From Camelus dromedarius (Eukaryota), in the NCBI RefSeq assembly GCF_036321535.1, contig NC_087447.1, positions 51,772,001-51,836,000 of the forward strand: 64,000 nucleotides of DNA, written 5' to 3'. The translations under genes were made by a program, and so were the position numbers. The notes under the pieces are model-generated. The model did not search any database. It was not told where the DNA came from and saw only the letters and a program-made list of their open reading frames with translations. Below, in pieces: positions 1 to 11,865 of this stretch; the stretch's first letter is position 1, and every line of letters starts with the position of its first letter.

Positions 1-109
1 ATCATGATACAACCCAGTGAGGTAAGTATCCTTTCCCCGTTTCACAGATGGGGAACTGAGGCACAGAAAGGTTGAGTTTCTCGCCCCCCAAGTCTCAGCA
101 CGCAGGGGA

Positions 110-1010
110 TCACGTGGGGGATCGGACCTGTCCGGCAGAGTGTGACCCTGCTCCCCACCCCCCACAGCGCAGCTACTATGGACAAGATCCTGGAGGCGGT
201 AGTGACGTCATCATACCCGGCGAGCGTGAAGCAAGGGCTGGTGCGCCGCGTGCTTGAGGCTGCGCGGCAGCCGCTGGAGAGAGAGCAGTGCCTGGCCCTG
301 CTAGCACTGGGCACGCGTCTCTACGTGGGCGGTGCGGACGAGCTGCCGCGCCGTGTGGGCTGCCAGCTGCTGCATGTGGCCGGCCGCCACCACCCCGAAG
401 TCTTCGCCGAGTTCTTCAGCGCACGACGCGTGCTGCGCCTGCTGCAGGGGGGCGCCGGGCCGCCGGGGGCCCGCGCGCTAGCCTGCGTACAGCTCGGCCT
501 GCAACTGCTGCCCGAGGGGCCCGCGGCGGAGGAGGTGTTTGCGCTGATGCGGCGCGAGGTGCTGCGCACCGTGTGCGAGCGCCCGGGGCCGGCGGCCTGC
601 GCGCAGGTGGCACGGCTGCTGGCGCGGCATCCTCGCTGCGTCCCCGACGGCCCGCACCGCCTGCTCTTCTGCCAGCAGCTGGTGCGCTGCCTCGGTCGCT
701 TCCGTTGCCCCGCAGAGGGCGAGGAGGGTGCCGTGGAGTTCCTGGAGCAGGCCCAGCAGGTGAGCGGGCTTCTGGCGCAACTGTGGCGTGCTCAGCCCGC
801 CGCCATCCTGCCTTGCCTCAAGGAGCTGTTCGCCGTTATCTCCTGCACAGGTGCGTGTGCTTTAGGGCCGGGGCGGGGACTGTGCGTGCGGAGTCTTATG
901 GATGGCGTGCCCGCGTGGTGGTTTAGCGCGTGCGTGCTACAGCACAGGTCCGGGAGTGCATTGTTCCTTTGTCTGGTTACCAGGCCTCTCCTGAGCTCCT
1001 GCGGGTTGGC
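110..1010. promoter_or_regulatory. CpG island over the first USP35 coding exon
   Basis: Very high GC content and dense CpG (gcgcg, cgccg runs) compared with the CpG-poor flanking intron. Confidence 0.75.
178..850 (+). CDS. USP35: USP35 first coding exon (N-terminal helical region)
   Basis: ATG at 178 follows acceptor cccacag|168; encodes MDKILEAVV...FAVISCT; donor ACAG|gtgcgt at 850/851. Confidence 0.96.
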
Positions 1011-1192
1011 GTGGGGGTGGGGGTGGTGGGGTGTCCTATCCTGTAGTGAATGCTGGGCGTGCACAGGTCCGGGAGTGCCTTGACCCTTTGTCTGGTTAGC
1101 AGGCCTCTCCTGAGCTCCTGCGGGGTTGGGGCTGGCGTGGTGGTGGTGGTGGTGGTGGTGAGGTGTCCTATCCTGTAGTGAATGCTGGGCGT
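942..1192 (+). repeat. Two-copy tandem duplication (~119 and ~132 bp) with a G-rich/(GGT)n core
   Basis: gcacaggtccgggagtgc...gtgtcctatcctgtagtgaatgctgggcgt occurs at 942-1060 and again at 1061-1192. Confidence 0.9.
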
Positions 1193-2023
1193 GCAGGGAG
1201 GACCGGGCCCAGTTCAGTCTGGCCAGGAGGAGGACGAGGGGCCGAGTGAGACAACAGGAAGAGGAAGAGGAAGAGGGGGGGTCAGCATGTCTTTTGGGTC
1301 AGGTAGGCTTCGTAGAGGCGGTGACTTTTGAACCAGGCCTTGAGAGCTGGGCAGCACCAGGCAGCGGGGCAGGGTGCTCTGGGCGGATGGAGGGGAGGTC
1401 TGGAGGCGCGGTGGAGCCTGTACGTGTCAGCTCTGAAGTGGCAGTCTTGGCCCTCCGTTGGCAACTGTGGAAATTGCGCTGTAGTTTAAATGACAAATAA
1501 AATCGGTGCCTTCTCTGATTATAGGGCTGTTCAGGGGAAAGCAAAGGGATGCACCTGGCAGGAGGAAGAAGTATAAGGACCTCGGTCTTTATACAATTGA
1601 ACAACAAATTTTCATAACTAAATGTTTTTTTCTCACCTCTGAGCCTTTGTTTATTGGGTTTTACTTGGACTATCCTTCCTGCCCCCAGTTCACATAGCCT
1701 TCATACCTGTTTTTGCCAGATCCATTGTTACCCTACTCCTTTTAAAGGCCTTGCCCGTACATGCACAGTTGGGGGTCAGTGTTTTTGTTTTTTGTTTTTT
1801 TCTTTGCTCAGAATAGGGGCCCAAAGCAGTGCCAGTGAAAGTTTGTTGAGTGAATGAGCTAAATGAGATCAGAGGCTGGGATGCTGTAAGAGGTGAGGAG
1901 GTGGCTCCAATGTGCTCTTTGCAGAGGCACAGCCTAGTTCCTTGGCAGTGTGAAGGGCATGGGGTGATGGGAGAGGTGTGGGGCCCACTTCCCTGCTAAG
2001 CTCAGCCCAGCTCCCTGTTCCAG

Positions 2024-2156
2024 AGGAGGAGCCGCCGTCGAGTGCCCTGGCCAGTGTGGTCCAGCACCTCCCATTGGAGCTCATGGATGGTGTCGTCCGG
2101 AACCTCAGCAATGATGACAGTGTGACTGACTCCCAGATGCTGACTGCCATTAGCAG
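2024..2156 (+). CDS. USP35: USP35 coding exon 2
   Basis: ttccag|AGGAGGAG ... AGCAG|gtgggc; encodes EEEPPSSALASVVQHLPLELMDGVVRNL...AIS. Confidence 0.95.
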
Positions 2157-2749
2157 GTGGGCTGAGGGCCTAGTGGTGGTCGGGTCTTTGTCCCTCCCAG
2201 AAGCCCCTTCCACTGGGTGGGATTGTTGGGCTAGATTTATTGTCAGAGGGCCCAGCCCTCACACTTGTTCATCCATCCATCCTTGAGCCTTTCCTGTGCC
2301 TGGCCCAGGGCTGGATAGGGGGTACACAGAGAGCTTTGCCCTAGTGATGCTCTCAGGCTGGGTGACAAGTCAGTGAACTCTCTGAGCTTCGGTTTCCCCT
2401 CTGTAATAGCAGAGGTGGTATAAGAAGTGGTCAGGCTTCCATGGGGGTCATGTTAGCAGGTGAAAGTACTTCAAGAAGTGCTTTCTGAGATTGGCAAGTG
2501 TGACAAACAGAGTGAGTGCTTTTTAGCTCTTGCACATCCCCCACCTCATTTGAACATCATCACACCTGTGATCTAAGCACACCTGCCTGGCCAATGATCT
2601 CAGAATATGACGCCTCCCCTCCTGCCTGCAAGCCTCTGGCTCTGCAGACCCCGTCCACCTGGCATGCCTTCCCCTGCCATTCTTTCCATACCCGTGTGCA
2701 GATCCACTGTCTCCATTGGGTCTTCCTGGATTCCTTGTCTGTAGCGGGT

Positions 2750-2990
2750 AAGAGTTTGGGCTCTAGAGGTAAGCTGCCTGAGTTCAAAGCCTGGCTCTCC
2801 TACTTCTTGCCTGTATGACTCTGGGCAGGTTGCTCAACCCCTCTATGTCTCAGCTTCCTCCTCCATAGAATGTAGTATAATTGACCCCATCTTACAGGGT
2901 TGTTGTGAGGACTGAATGAGGTAAAAGGAGATAATACATGTAAGGTGGGTGCCTAGAACAGTGCCACGGTAGCTGTTATTACCATAATTA
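2750..2990. mobile_element. MIR SINE
   Basis: MIR-like core: gagttcaaagcctggctctcctacttc...tgactctgggcaggttgctcaacc...cagggttgttgtgaggact. Confidence 0.7.
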
Positions 2991-3189
2991 GTACTACTTT
3001 GATCTTTTATTGTTCTCTTTATAGCACAGTCTGTGTATAAAAATAACAATAATAGTGACTTTTTCCTGAGCACCTCCTGTGTGGCAGCTTCCTGCTCAGT
3101 GTGCACAGGCGTTATCTCGTGGGGGTCAGATGGGTTAACATGTAAGGCAGGTAGAGCAGTGCTTGGTGCAGAGTGAATAAGACATAAAT

Positions 3190-3350
3190 GTTAGCTATTA
3201 GCTGTTAGCTATTGTGATCTCTTTTAATACATACAACAACCCTGTGAATTATTGTCCCTATTTTACAGAGGAAGAAACTGAGGCTAGAGAGAGTAAGTGA
3301 CTTGCTCCAGGTCACAAGCAAGGGTTTGCTGGAGCCAGGGCTTCTGGCCT
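3190..3350. mobile_element. MIR SINE fragment
   Basis: acaacaaccctgtga...cctattttacagaggaagaaactgaggct...aagtgacttgctccaggtcaca. Confidence 0.65.
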
Positions 3351-3696
3351 GGGGGCACTGCTCCCCCTGCCATTGGGCCCCACAGTCCAGGCAGAGGCAG
3401 CTGAAAGCCCTGTTCTGCCACTGCAGCCCAGTGTGTATAGGGGTGAGGTCTGGGGTGCTGAAAGGGCCTGGCTTCCCTCTTGCCAGTCTGGGAGCCCCCG
3501 TCTCTGCCAGGTGCCTGTACTGGGCTCATTTGCAGTTTCCAGAAGTGTCTTGTTCATCCCACGGATCCCAGGGCTGCCCTGTATGCAGGTGTGAGTCAGT
3601 GTGGGGTTTTAGGACATTAGGGCTGGTCCCTGGGCTGCCCCTTCCCAGGCATTTGGGCCTCCCTGGTCCTTGTGTCACTGTCACTCCCCTCACCAG

Positions 3697-3826
3697 GATG
3701 ATCGACTGGGTGTCCTGGCCCCTGGGGAAGAACATTGACAAGTGGATCATTGCACTGCTGAAGGGCCTGGCCGCTGTTAAGAAGTTCAGCATCTTGATCG
3801 AGGTTTCACTCGCCAAAATTGAGAAG
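3697..3826 (+). CDS. USP35: USP35 coding exon 3
   Basis: caccag|GATGATC ... GAGAAG|gttggt; encodes RMIDWVSWPLGKNIDKWIIALLKGLAAVKKFSILIEVSLAKIEK. Confidence 0.95.
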
Positions 3827-4033
3827 GTTGGTGGGCCCCTATCCTAGCCCTGGCTTCTGGCCTTTCCTGCTAGTCTCTTGCCAGAAGGCATTGCAGGTCT
3901 GGGAGGCAGAGCACTGGGGCTCCCACCCAAGCTCGCTGTGACCTGGGACAATTCACTGCCCCTCTCTGGGCCTCAGGTCTCCCCCATTCATTCCTTTGAT
4001 TTGTCATTCAAGTGTATGTGTCTGTCACTTTTG

Positions 4034-4092
4034 GTCCGTCCGTCCGTCCGTCCATCCATCCATCCATCCATCCATCCATCCATCCATCCATC
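4034..4092. repeat. (CCGT)n(CCAT)n tetranucleotide microsatellite
   Basis: gtccgtccgtccgtccgtccatccatccatcc... is directly visible. Confidence 0.95.
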
Positions 4093-4273
4093 AGATACCA
4101 GCTATCTTGCTGTCCATTTCACCACCTGTCCATCCACCCAGGTCTGTGAGCATCTCTGTGTTTCTTCCATGTGGCTCTGCTACTTTAACTCTAGCTCCCT
4201 TTCAGGTCTGTGTCTGCACTTGGCCTCGGGCAGCCCAGGCCTTGGGGACTCCTGACCAAGGACTCTTTTCCAG

Positions 4274-4375
4274 GTTTTCTCCAAGCTTCTGTACCCCATT
4301 GTCCGGGGAGCCGCCTTGTCTGTCCTTAAGTACATGCTCCTGACCTTCCAGCACTCCCATGAGGCCTTCCACCTG
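4274..4375 (+). CDS. USP35: USP35 coding exon 4
   Basis: ttccag|GTTTTC ... CACCTG|gtaagg; encodes VFSKLLYPIVRGAALSVLKYMLLTFQHSHEAFHL. Confidence 0.95.
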
Positions 4376-4619
4376 GTAAGGGTCCCTGTATACTGCTTTG
4401 AGGGTGGGCAGCTCTGCATCCCCCACTAGTCTGACTGGAGGCCAGACATGCTGTCTCTTTTGGGACTTGACGGATCTGGGCTTGAAGCCCAAGACCTACC
4501 TCCAAGTCCTGGATGTTAGGATGGAAGAGACTTGAGACTCCATTTTACAGATAGGAAACTGAGGCCAGAGAATGTGTGTGACCTCCCCACGAGCCCACAG
4601 TAGACACGGGTCTGGAACG

Positions 4620-4850
4620 ATAGTAGCTAAGATTCCTTGGGGGCCAGCTGTGTGGTAGGCACAGTGCTAAAGCCAGTGCATATGTTCATTCAGTTTACTT
4701 CTGAAACAGCCCCAAGAGGGAGGTTCTATCATTTTCTCCATTTTTCAGCTGAAGAAACTGCAGTTTAGGGAGGTTGGGTTGCTTGTCCCAGGCACGCAGC
4801 TGGTAGGTGGTACAGGGAAGATGCCAGCTGAGTTGGTCTAACTCCTGACC
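4620..4850. mobile_element. MIR SINE
   Basis: ggcacagtgctaaag...ctccatttttcagctgaagaaactgcagtttagggaggtt...ttgtcccaggcac. Confidence 0.6.
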
Positions 4851-5957
4851 CAGTGTCCTTTCTGTACCCTGCTGTTCACCAGCACCAGAATGGCCTGACC
4901 TCAGCTCCCAGCCCTTTGTGTCATCTTAGGGGCCCTCCCTTGGGAAGAGCAGCCTGTAGCCCTGGGGAGCTGCCTGCCTTCCCCGGTGGATGTGGCCCTA
5001 GATTCTGCTGGCTCCTGGTCAGTGCAGAAGCTTCATGCTCTCTGATTTTTGCAGTGGGAAAAACACAGAACCAGGGATTAGCATATGTGGGGTTGAGTCC
5101 CAGGTCTGCCATTTACCCGATGTGGTGACTTTGGGCCGGGCATGTAGCTCTTAGAACCTGGGATGGGGGTTCAACCCCCAGGATAGGGGGACAGGATTAA
5201 AGGAGGTGACATTTCTCATTTCTCAAGAGCCTGCCATATACTAGGGACTTGACAAACATTTCTTTCTTTCCATCCTTCTTTTGGGCTTCCCTGCTCGCAG
5301 TTTGTATGGCCTGACTCTGTCCATCCCTGGGATGTTACGGCATCGCACCCCCATGGATTTGAAAGTTAACACTCAGTAGCACAGAGGAAAGAAATGGCCT
5401 TTGGGTTCAGACAGACCTGGCTCACACGCCAACTTCTCCTGTAACCCAAGGTGAAATCCTTGGCAAATTATATAACCTCTCTAACTAATTTTTTCATCTA
5501 TAAGATGGGGGTAGTAATCGCCACATAATGTCACTGTGAGGATGAAATGCTTGACATGTAAATGTTTGCTGCCGCTCATGCTCTGTCAGGGCTGCCCACC
5601 AGCTGACCACATTGTGGCCCCAGCATCACTCCTGGGTGACAGAGTGGCCCTGGTCACTCAAGCCTTCAATCTGTTTAGGGAGGCCTGTTCCTGATACTTA
5701 ATAGCTGGGGCTCAGGCTCTGGCCTCCCCTCAACCGTGAGGAGGGAATTATTTATACCATTAAACAGATGAAAAGACTGAGGCAAAGTATCCAAGGTTAT
5801 GTGTCTTGTGAAGAGAGTCATCTCCCTTAGAGCCCCATGTAGGTCAGGTGGGCAGACCTCCCTGCTTCAGGGATCCGGGTGCCTTCAGCACTGACCACCA
5901 TCCCCTGTCTCCTGTGGGTAAACTGGTGTTGAACCTCACCCTGCTCTGCTCTCACAG

Positions 5958-6116
5958 CTCCTCCCTCACATCCCCCCAATGGTGGCCTCTCTGGTCAAGG
6001 AGGACTCCAACTCGGGGACCAGCTGCCTGGAGCAGCTGGCAGAGCTGGTCCACTGCATGGTGTTCCGGTTCCCAGGCTTCCCAGACCTGTATGAACCCAT
6101 CATGGAGGCCATCAAG
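5958..6116 (+). CDS. USP35: USP35 coding exon 5
   Basis: tcacag|CTCCTC ... ATCAAG|gtgagt; encodes LLPHIPPMVASLVKEDSNSG...YEPIMEAIK. Confidence 0.95.
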
Positions 6117-9100
6117 GTGAGTAACAGTCCTTACTGCTTCTGTGACCCCCTCTGACGAGGGTGCTGGTTTGGGCCTTGCCTAAGGCCACACTCCAGGTTA
6201 GTGGCAGCCCCCACATCACTTGGTCCCTGGCTACTCCCAGTACCTCCTGGCCCATCCTGTGCTTCAGGCACACTGAGCCACCTGCTATTCCCCTAGAAGA
6301 GTCTCCCTCTCATGATGGACTGCTCTGAGCCTTTGCATATGCCTATCTCTTTCACTTAAACCCCTCTCTTGTTCTGCCTGGATAACTCCAACCCCAACTA
6401 AGGCTCCTTTAATGCTGTTATCAAGTGTTGCCTCCCTCAGGAAGCCCTCTTTCATAACTCTGGTAATTGAACCCACCCCTCTTCTTGGCTCCCCTGGCTG
6501 GGTCATGGGCCCCCTGAGCTCCCACAGCCCCCTGCATCCCTCTGTCACACATGGTTACTGTCTATGTGTCTGTCTCCTCTTAGCACTACAGAGCAGGGAT
6601 TGTTTACAGTTGTTCACAAGACTTATGCCCTACTCTATGCCAGGCCCAATTGGGAACTGGAGACACAGGTGTGAGGCAGACCAAATCTCCTCCTTTGAGG
6701 AGCTCACAGCCTAGTGGGGTGACTGATGTGTTTACCTGTAACTCTGATCTAAACAGCTTATGAAATGCCTATGAAGGTCGGCCTGAGAGCAATGAAGAGG
6801 CAGAGGAGGAGGCTACAAGGAAGAAAGGGCTTCTGACCTGGGCTTGCTGGGTTACTAGGACAGCAACATTTGTAGATGTTTTTGTAGTGCCATATTCAGT
6901 GTTTTCTCGTACGTACTGTCTTCTGTTGCTCACTAGAAACTTGTGGAGCAAGTACTGGTGTCATTTCAATTTCACAGAGGAGGAAAATGAGACTTGGAGA
7001 GGTGTGGTGTCTTATGCAGAGTCACGGAGGTAGTGAGAGTCACAGCCAGGGCTGAACCCTTTCCCATTGCTTGATACAGAGGGCAGGTCCAGGTGTGAAA
7101 GATCTCCAGGTAGGCGATGGCTGTTTCACAGCCTCTGATCTGACTTCCATTTCTGTAGCACAGCAGATAGATAACCTGGGAAGTGTTCCACACCAAACAC
7201 CTAGAAATGCTTGTTAAAATATAACAAACATCTTTTTAAGTACAAAGCTGAGCTTGCAGGGAAGTCAGGGAGAATCCCCAGGGGACAAAAAGGAAGAGAA
7301 AACCAAATTCCAGAATGGTAAGTGAGAGGTGATGCTCTTTTGCCTTGTGGGTAGGGAGGAAGGTTGGGTAAGACAGTGGCTTGAGCTGGTGGGGACAGGA
7401 GGAGAGGCTTAGGACCTGCTCCCAGGAGGGAGTTAGTACTAAGAGGGCCATGTAAACCAGGACCCAGGAAAGGCTTTACTGTTAGTAAAAGGGTGCTCTA
7501 GGAAGAATACACATGGCCCCAAATAGACATCAAGGAAACTTCTCTGGCATGGTCTGGGCTCTGGATTGGGGAAAAAAGACATTTATAATTATTGGCCTGC
7601 TCTCATGTGGGTTTAGGCATTCAAATTCTTATCTTCTGTGGGGTTGTGCTCAGATACTATCATTGAAAGTAATCATAAACTTGTAATACCCGAGGGTTGC
7701 CTAGTAGAAACAGAAATTAAACTTCTTGAAAGACGCAAAGATAAAGTTGTACTAAAGATGAGTTTATAATCCCCAAATTACAAAACATACAAGGGAACAG
7801 TCTATCATGTGTAGATTGTTGGTATCTAATTGGTAGATACGACAAAACCTCTGACATTTACTTAGATTTTCTAAAGTTTTCCAGCTTAACATAAAAGTTT
7901 TGTTTGTTTTTTAAATAGCGCTAACCTACAAAGGGGAAGCAGCTGCCTTGCTAGATCATGGGCTTCCTGGTACTGGAAATGGATGAGCAGTGGAGACAGG
8001 ACTTAAATTTGTTGGAAGTGACTGTTACTGTGAGCTTCTCATGGGCGGGGACATGTCTTATTGATCCTTGTGTCTAATAAATGTCTGAGTGAATGAAGGT
8101 GACTGTAGTGTGAAGGATGATATCGTGGAGGTGTGAACAAAGAGGAGGGAGCGTGGCCTGCACAGGCACCGAGGGAAACCCACGCTGAGTGAGACCCAGG
8201 CTTTACACTCTAGGGGATGTGGTCTGCTCCAGAGAGAAGGTGAGTCTGCGAATCCCTGGACCACTAGGCATAGGGAGTTAGGCTCTATACAAAAGGTAAA
8301 GATAGTGTGGGGCCCCCACTTGTGGAGATTCTGGAAAACCCTCTGGAGAGGGGATATAGAATTTAGACCTTGAGGGATGGGGGCTGGCAGGAAGAGGCCC
8401 TCAGACAAGTCAAAGGGAAGGGCATGGGAGCGGGCACATGCATATCCAGTTGGGCTGTAACGCGTGGTGGATGGGTAGGGAGATCAGAAGGATCAGCAGT
8501 GCGGAGGGCTGTGTAAACTAGGCTGAGTGAGTGCTTAATCCAGCAGGTCTGGGCTTCTCAAAGGTTTCTTACGAATTACTTGACCTCAGGGAGGAGACTT
8601 ACCCAAGCAGCCTGACAAAAGCCCAGAGTTTCTCTAAAAAAGCTCATTTTAAGTCAAAGATTCAAGTATTTACTTCATAATTATAAACACTTGTTTTAAT
8701 GTAAACATTTTTCTTCCTTGAATGTTAGCAAATGTAGTTGTAGGAAGATTTCGTCCTGTGGCTTTGAGTAACCCTTGGTATGAGCCAGTTGGAGAGACAA
8801 GGCAGCAAAGTATTTGTAGGATTTTATTGTTTCTAAAATTCTTTCACATGTGAGTACATCCTTTGTATACAGGCTCTTTTAGAAATTGTGGAAAATTCTC
8901 TCTTAGGCCGTTGTATTGGGTTATGGCAGTTTCTCTGGGAGCCGTTGTATGTAAATTTCCAATAACATGAGGAACTTGAAAGTTATTTGGAAATTTTTGT
9001 TTTACTCTTCTAAGAGTACAAAATTTCCTTCTTTGGGAAAAATGGCATTTGATGTCTTTTCTCTTGTGTAGTAATTTTTGTATCGTGTGTGTGTGTGGTG

Positions 9101-9260
9101 ATGGGGGGTGAGGGAGTAGGGGTTGGTTCTGTCAGTCTTTGTCCCTATTCATGTTGTGTGTGGGGTGGGGATTGAATAGGGGATAATAGGAAGAAAAGAA
9201 GGGACTAAGAAGATATGAGCCCTTATCTTCTTATCTTGCCTCTGGCAGCTCCTATATTTT

Positions 9261-9292
9261 TTTAAATCATCTGTGATTTAAATCATCTGTGA
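9261..9292. repeat. Perfect 16-bp tandem duplication
   Basis: tttaaatcatctgtga occurs twice in tandem. Confidence 0.9.
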
Positions 9293-10371
9293 GAGGTGAT
9301 AATCTGATAAATTATTTGATAAACAATCCTAGGAAAGGAGTGAGCAGACATGATAAACCATTGCTTGGGCCAGACCTTCTGCAGTGACGAGTCTGTGCGC
9401 TGGAGGCCTTTCAGTGCTAAGCTGGTTTGAGGCTCTGGAGCCTTAGACAAATCTAGGCGTTGTGCTCATGATCTGAAAGTAAGAACAGGGCTAGAGGAAC
9501 TGTCATGAATGTTGCTTAAATCTAAGTAACACTGCAATATGCTTAGGTGTTTTTCTTTAAAATACATCATTATTAGAACCAGTGCTTGGTAATATTCTTT
9601 TACGTGCAGCTGTTTAATGTAAAAAAGGATAATGAGTGGGAAAGCATGCTAATCCCCGAGCCTGTGACCAAGGAATCATACCTCAGACCCCCTGGATCCT
9701 CCCACCGTCTTGACTGTGGGATCAAGTTCCAGGGGGTTGACTAATTCCAAAAAGCTGACTCCGAACGTCCTTAAAGTAAAGACAGTGAAAACAGGAGCAT
9801 CATTGTGGGCAAGCACCGTGAAAGTGTAGAGTGCCAAACTGATGTAAGGTAGGAGTATTCTCACTTGACAAATGAGGAAACTGAGGTCCAAGGAGGTTGA
9901 CTGACCAAGTCAGGGAGGCTCACTGACCACAGCCAGACAGCTGTGAGGACAAGAGTCAGGATTAGAGTCGAGATCATGACACTGCTGGATCTAGCCAGTG
10001 GGCCAGTGTTGTCATTGCTTAGAGTCTGTCACACCCTGGGCTTGTCTGACATACGGATTCTTGGCTTACTGCTTCTAAGAAAATTCTTTCTCTTTCTGGG
10101 TCTTAGTTTTTGCATCTATACCATGGGGACTTTACCACCTTCTTAAGGCAGTTGTGACATGAAAGATCATGTAGAAGGCCTACATGTCAAGATGAGAGCC
10201 TAGAATAAGTTTGAAAGCAGGGGGCTGTTCACATACCTCTTTAGGACACTTGGGGCGGTATGCTTGGGTAGGTATGGGGTAGGCTGTAGTTCAAGAAGTC
10301 TTCCCAAAGGAGGTCATATTTTTAGAGCTGAACCTGGTGCCCACTGTGCTGCTGGCTTGTTCCCCTCTCAG

Positions 10372-10565
10372 GACCTCCATGTTCCCAATGAGGACCGAAT
10401 CAAACAGCTGCTGGGGCAGGATGCCTGGACCTCGCAGAAGAGTGAGCTGGCCGGCTTCTACCCCCGGCTCATGGCCAAGTCAGACACGGGCAAGATCGGT
10501 TTAATCAACCTGGGCAACACGTGCTACGTGAACAGCATCCTTCAGGCCTTGTTCATGGCTTCTGA
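10372..10565 (+). CDS. USP35: USP35 coding exon 6, contains the catalytic Cys box
   Basis: tctcag|GACCTC ... TCTGA|gtaggt; encodes DLHVPNEDRIKQLL...GLINLGNTCYVNSILQALFMAS. Confidence 0.97.
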
Positions 10566-11049
10566 GTAGGTGCTGCTTTTGAATTCCCCATCTGTCCCTG
10601 CTTCTCTCCTTTGGGCTCCATGGTACGTGTGGGTGGGGACGGGGTTTGGAGAGGATGGATCTCACTTTGTATTATTGGGATAATTCCCTGAGGTCTGTGA
10701 TTTCATAAAGAGTAGATGAGTGGTCCCGGAGGGCTCCAGGCCTTTGCCAAGGCAGTAGGTCAAGACTGGATGGGGACTTGAGATGGGGCTTCCGGGGCCG
10801 GGCTGCAGTGGGAAGGGGGTCTGCTCTGCGTTGGTTGATATCACTGACTTCTCTCCTAGAGACTGTGGTGGTGGGTAGTGTCTTCCAGAGTAGAATTTGC
10901 ACTTGCTCTGGGATCGTATGCCCTCCCGTTTACTAAAACAAACAAAATCTTTATCTTCAATGGCTACCTATCCAACTTATGGCTTGCTTAAATATCACTG
11001 AAGGTTTCAGCCATAGAAGTAGACATATGTTCCCCCACCCCAATTTTCC

Positions 11050-11865
11050 TTTTCTGTGTGTGTGTGTTTAAAACTCATATAACATAAAATTGACCATATT
11101 AACCATTTTTAACTATACAGTTCAGTGGTATCAAATATATTCACATTTGTTATATAACCATCACCACCCTGTAACTGTTTTCATTCTATAAATTGGAAAC
11201 TTTTGCTTATTGGACAATAATTTTCCATAGTCCCATTCTCCCCTCCCTCTAGCCGCTGGCAGCCACCATTCTACTTTCTGTCTCTGTGATTTTGTTTCTA
11301 CTCTAAGTACCTCATGTAAGTGGAATCATACAGTATTTGTCTTTTTGTGATTGGCTTATTTCACTTAGGAAATTTCCTCAAGATTCATTCATATTGTGTA
11401 ACATTTTGCAAAATTTCTTTTTAAGTCTGGATTGTATGTATCCATTGCATGTATGAACCACATTTTGGTAATCTGTTCGTTGGTAGATGGACACTGGGGT
11501 TGCTTCCATGTTTTAGCTGTTGTCAATAATGCTGCTGTGAACATGGGTGTACAAATACCTCTCCAAGACCCTGCTTTCAATTCTTTTGGGTGCAATTGAT
11601 GGGTGATATGGTAGTTGTATTTTTCAGTTTTTTGAGGAACCTCCGTACTGTTTTGGATTTCTCCATATCCTCCCAGCACTTTTCTGTGTTTTTGATAGTA
11701 GCCATCCTGCTGGGTGTGAGGCGGTATCTCATTGTAGTTTTTATTTGCATTTCCCTAGTGATTAGTGATGTTGAACATCTTTTTATGTGCTTATTGGCCA
11801 TTTGCATATGCTTTTCAGCAAAATGTCTATTTAAATCCATTGCCTATTTTTGAATCAGTTTTTTT
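11050..11865 (-). mobile_element. Old L1 3' end; resumes at ~13630-13770
   Basis: ORF2 C-terminal translation MDLNRHF...[24 protein letters not shown] (ORF 11577..11840) plus L1 3'UTR-like sequence. Confidence 0.85.

Noticed and set aside
142..1083. 313-aa ORF read as a single-exon gene
   Set aside because: It is the USP35 exon 178-850 extended through the upstream acceptor and the downstream intron.
7150..7830. Possible ancient L1 5'-region remnant
   Set aside because: Too degraded to assign by eye.
9380..9478. Possible C/D-box snoRNA (gtgacga ... ctga)
   Set aside because: The C box is imperfect, there is no convincing terminal stem, and I could not recognise a guide sequence.
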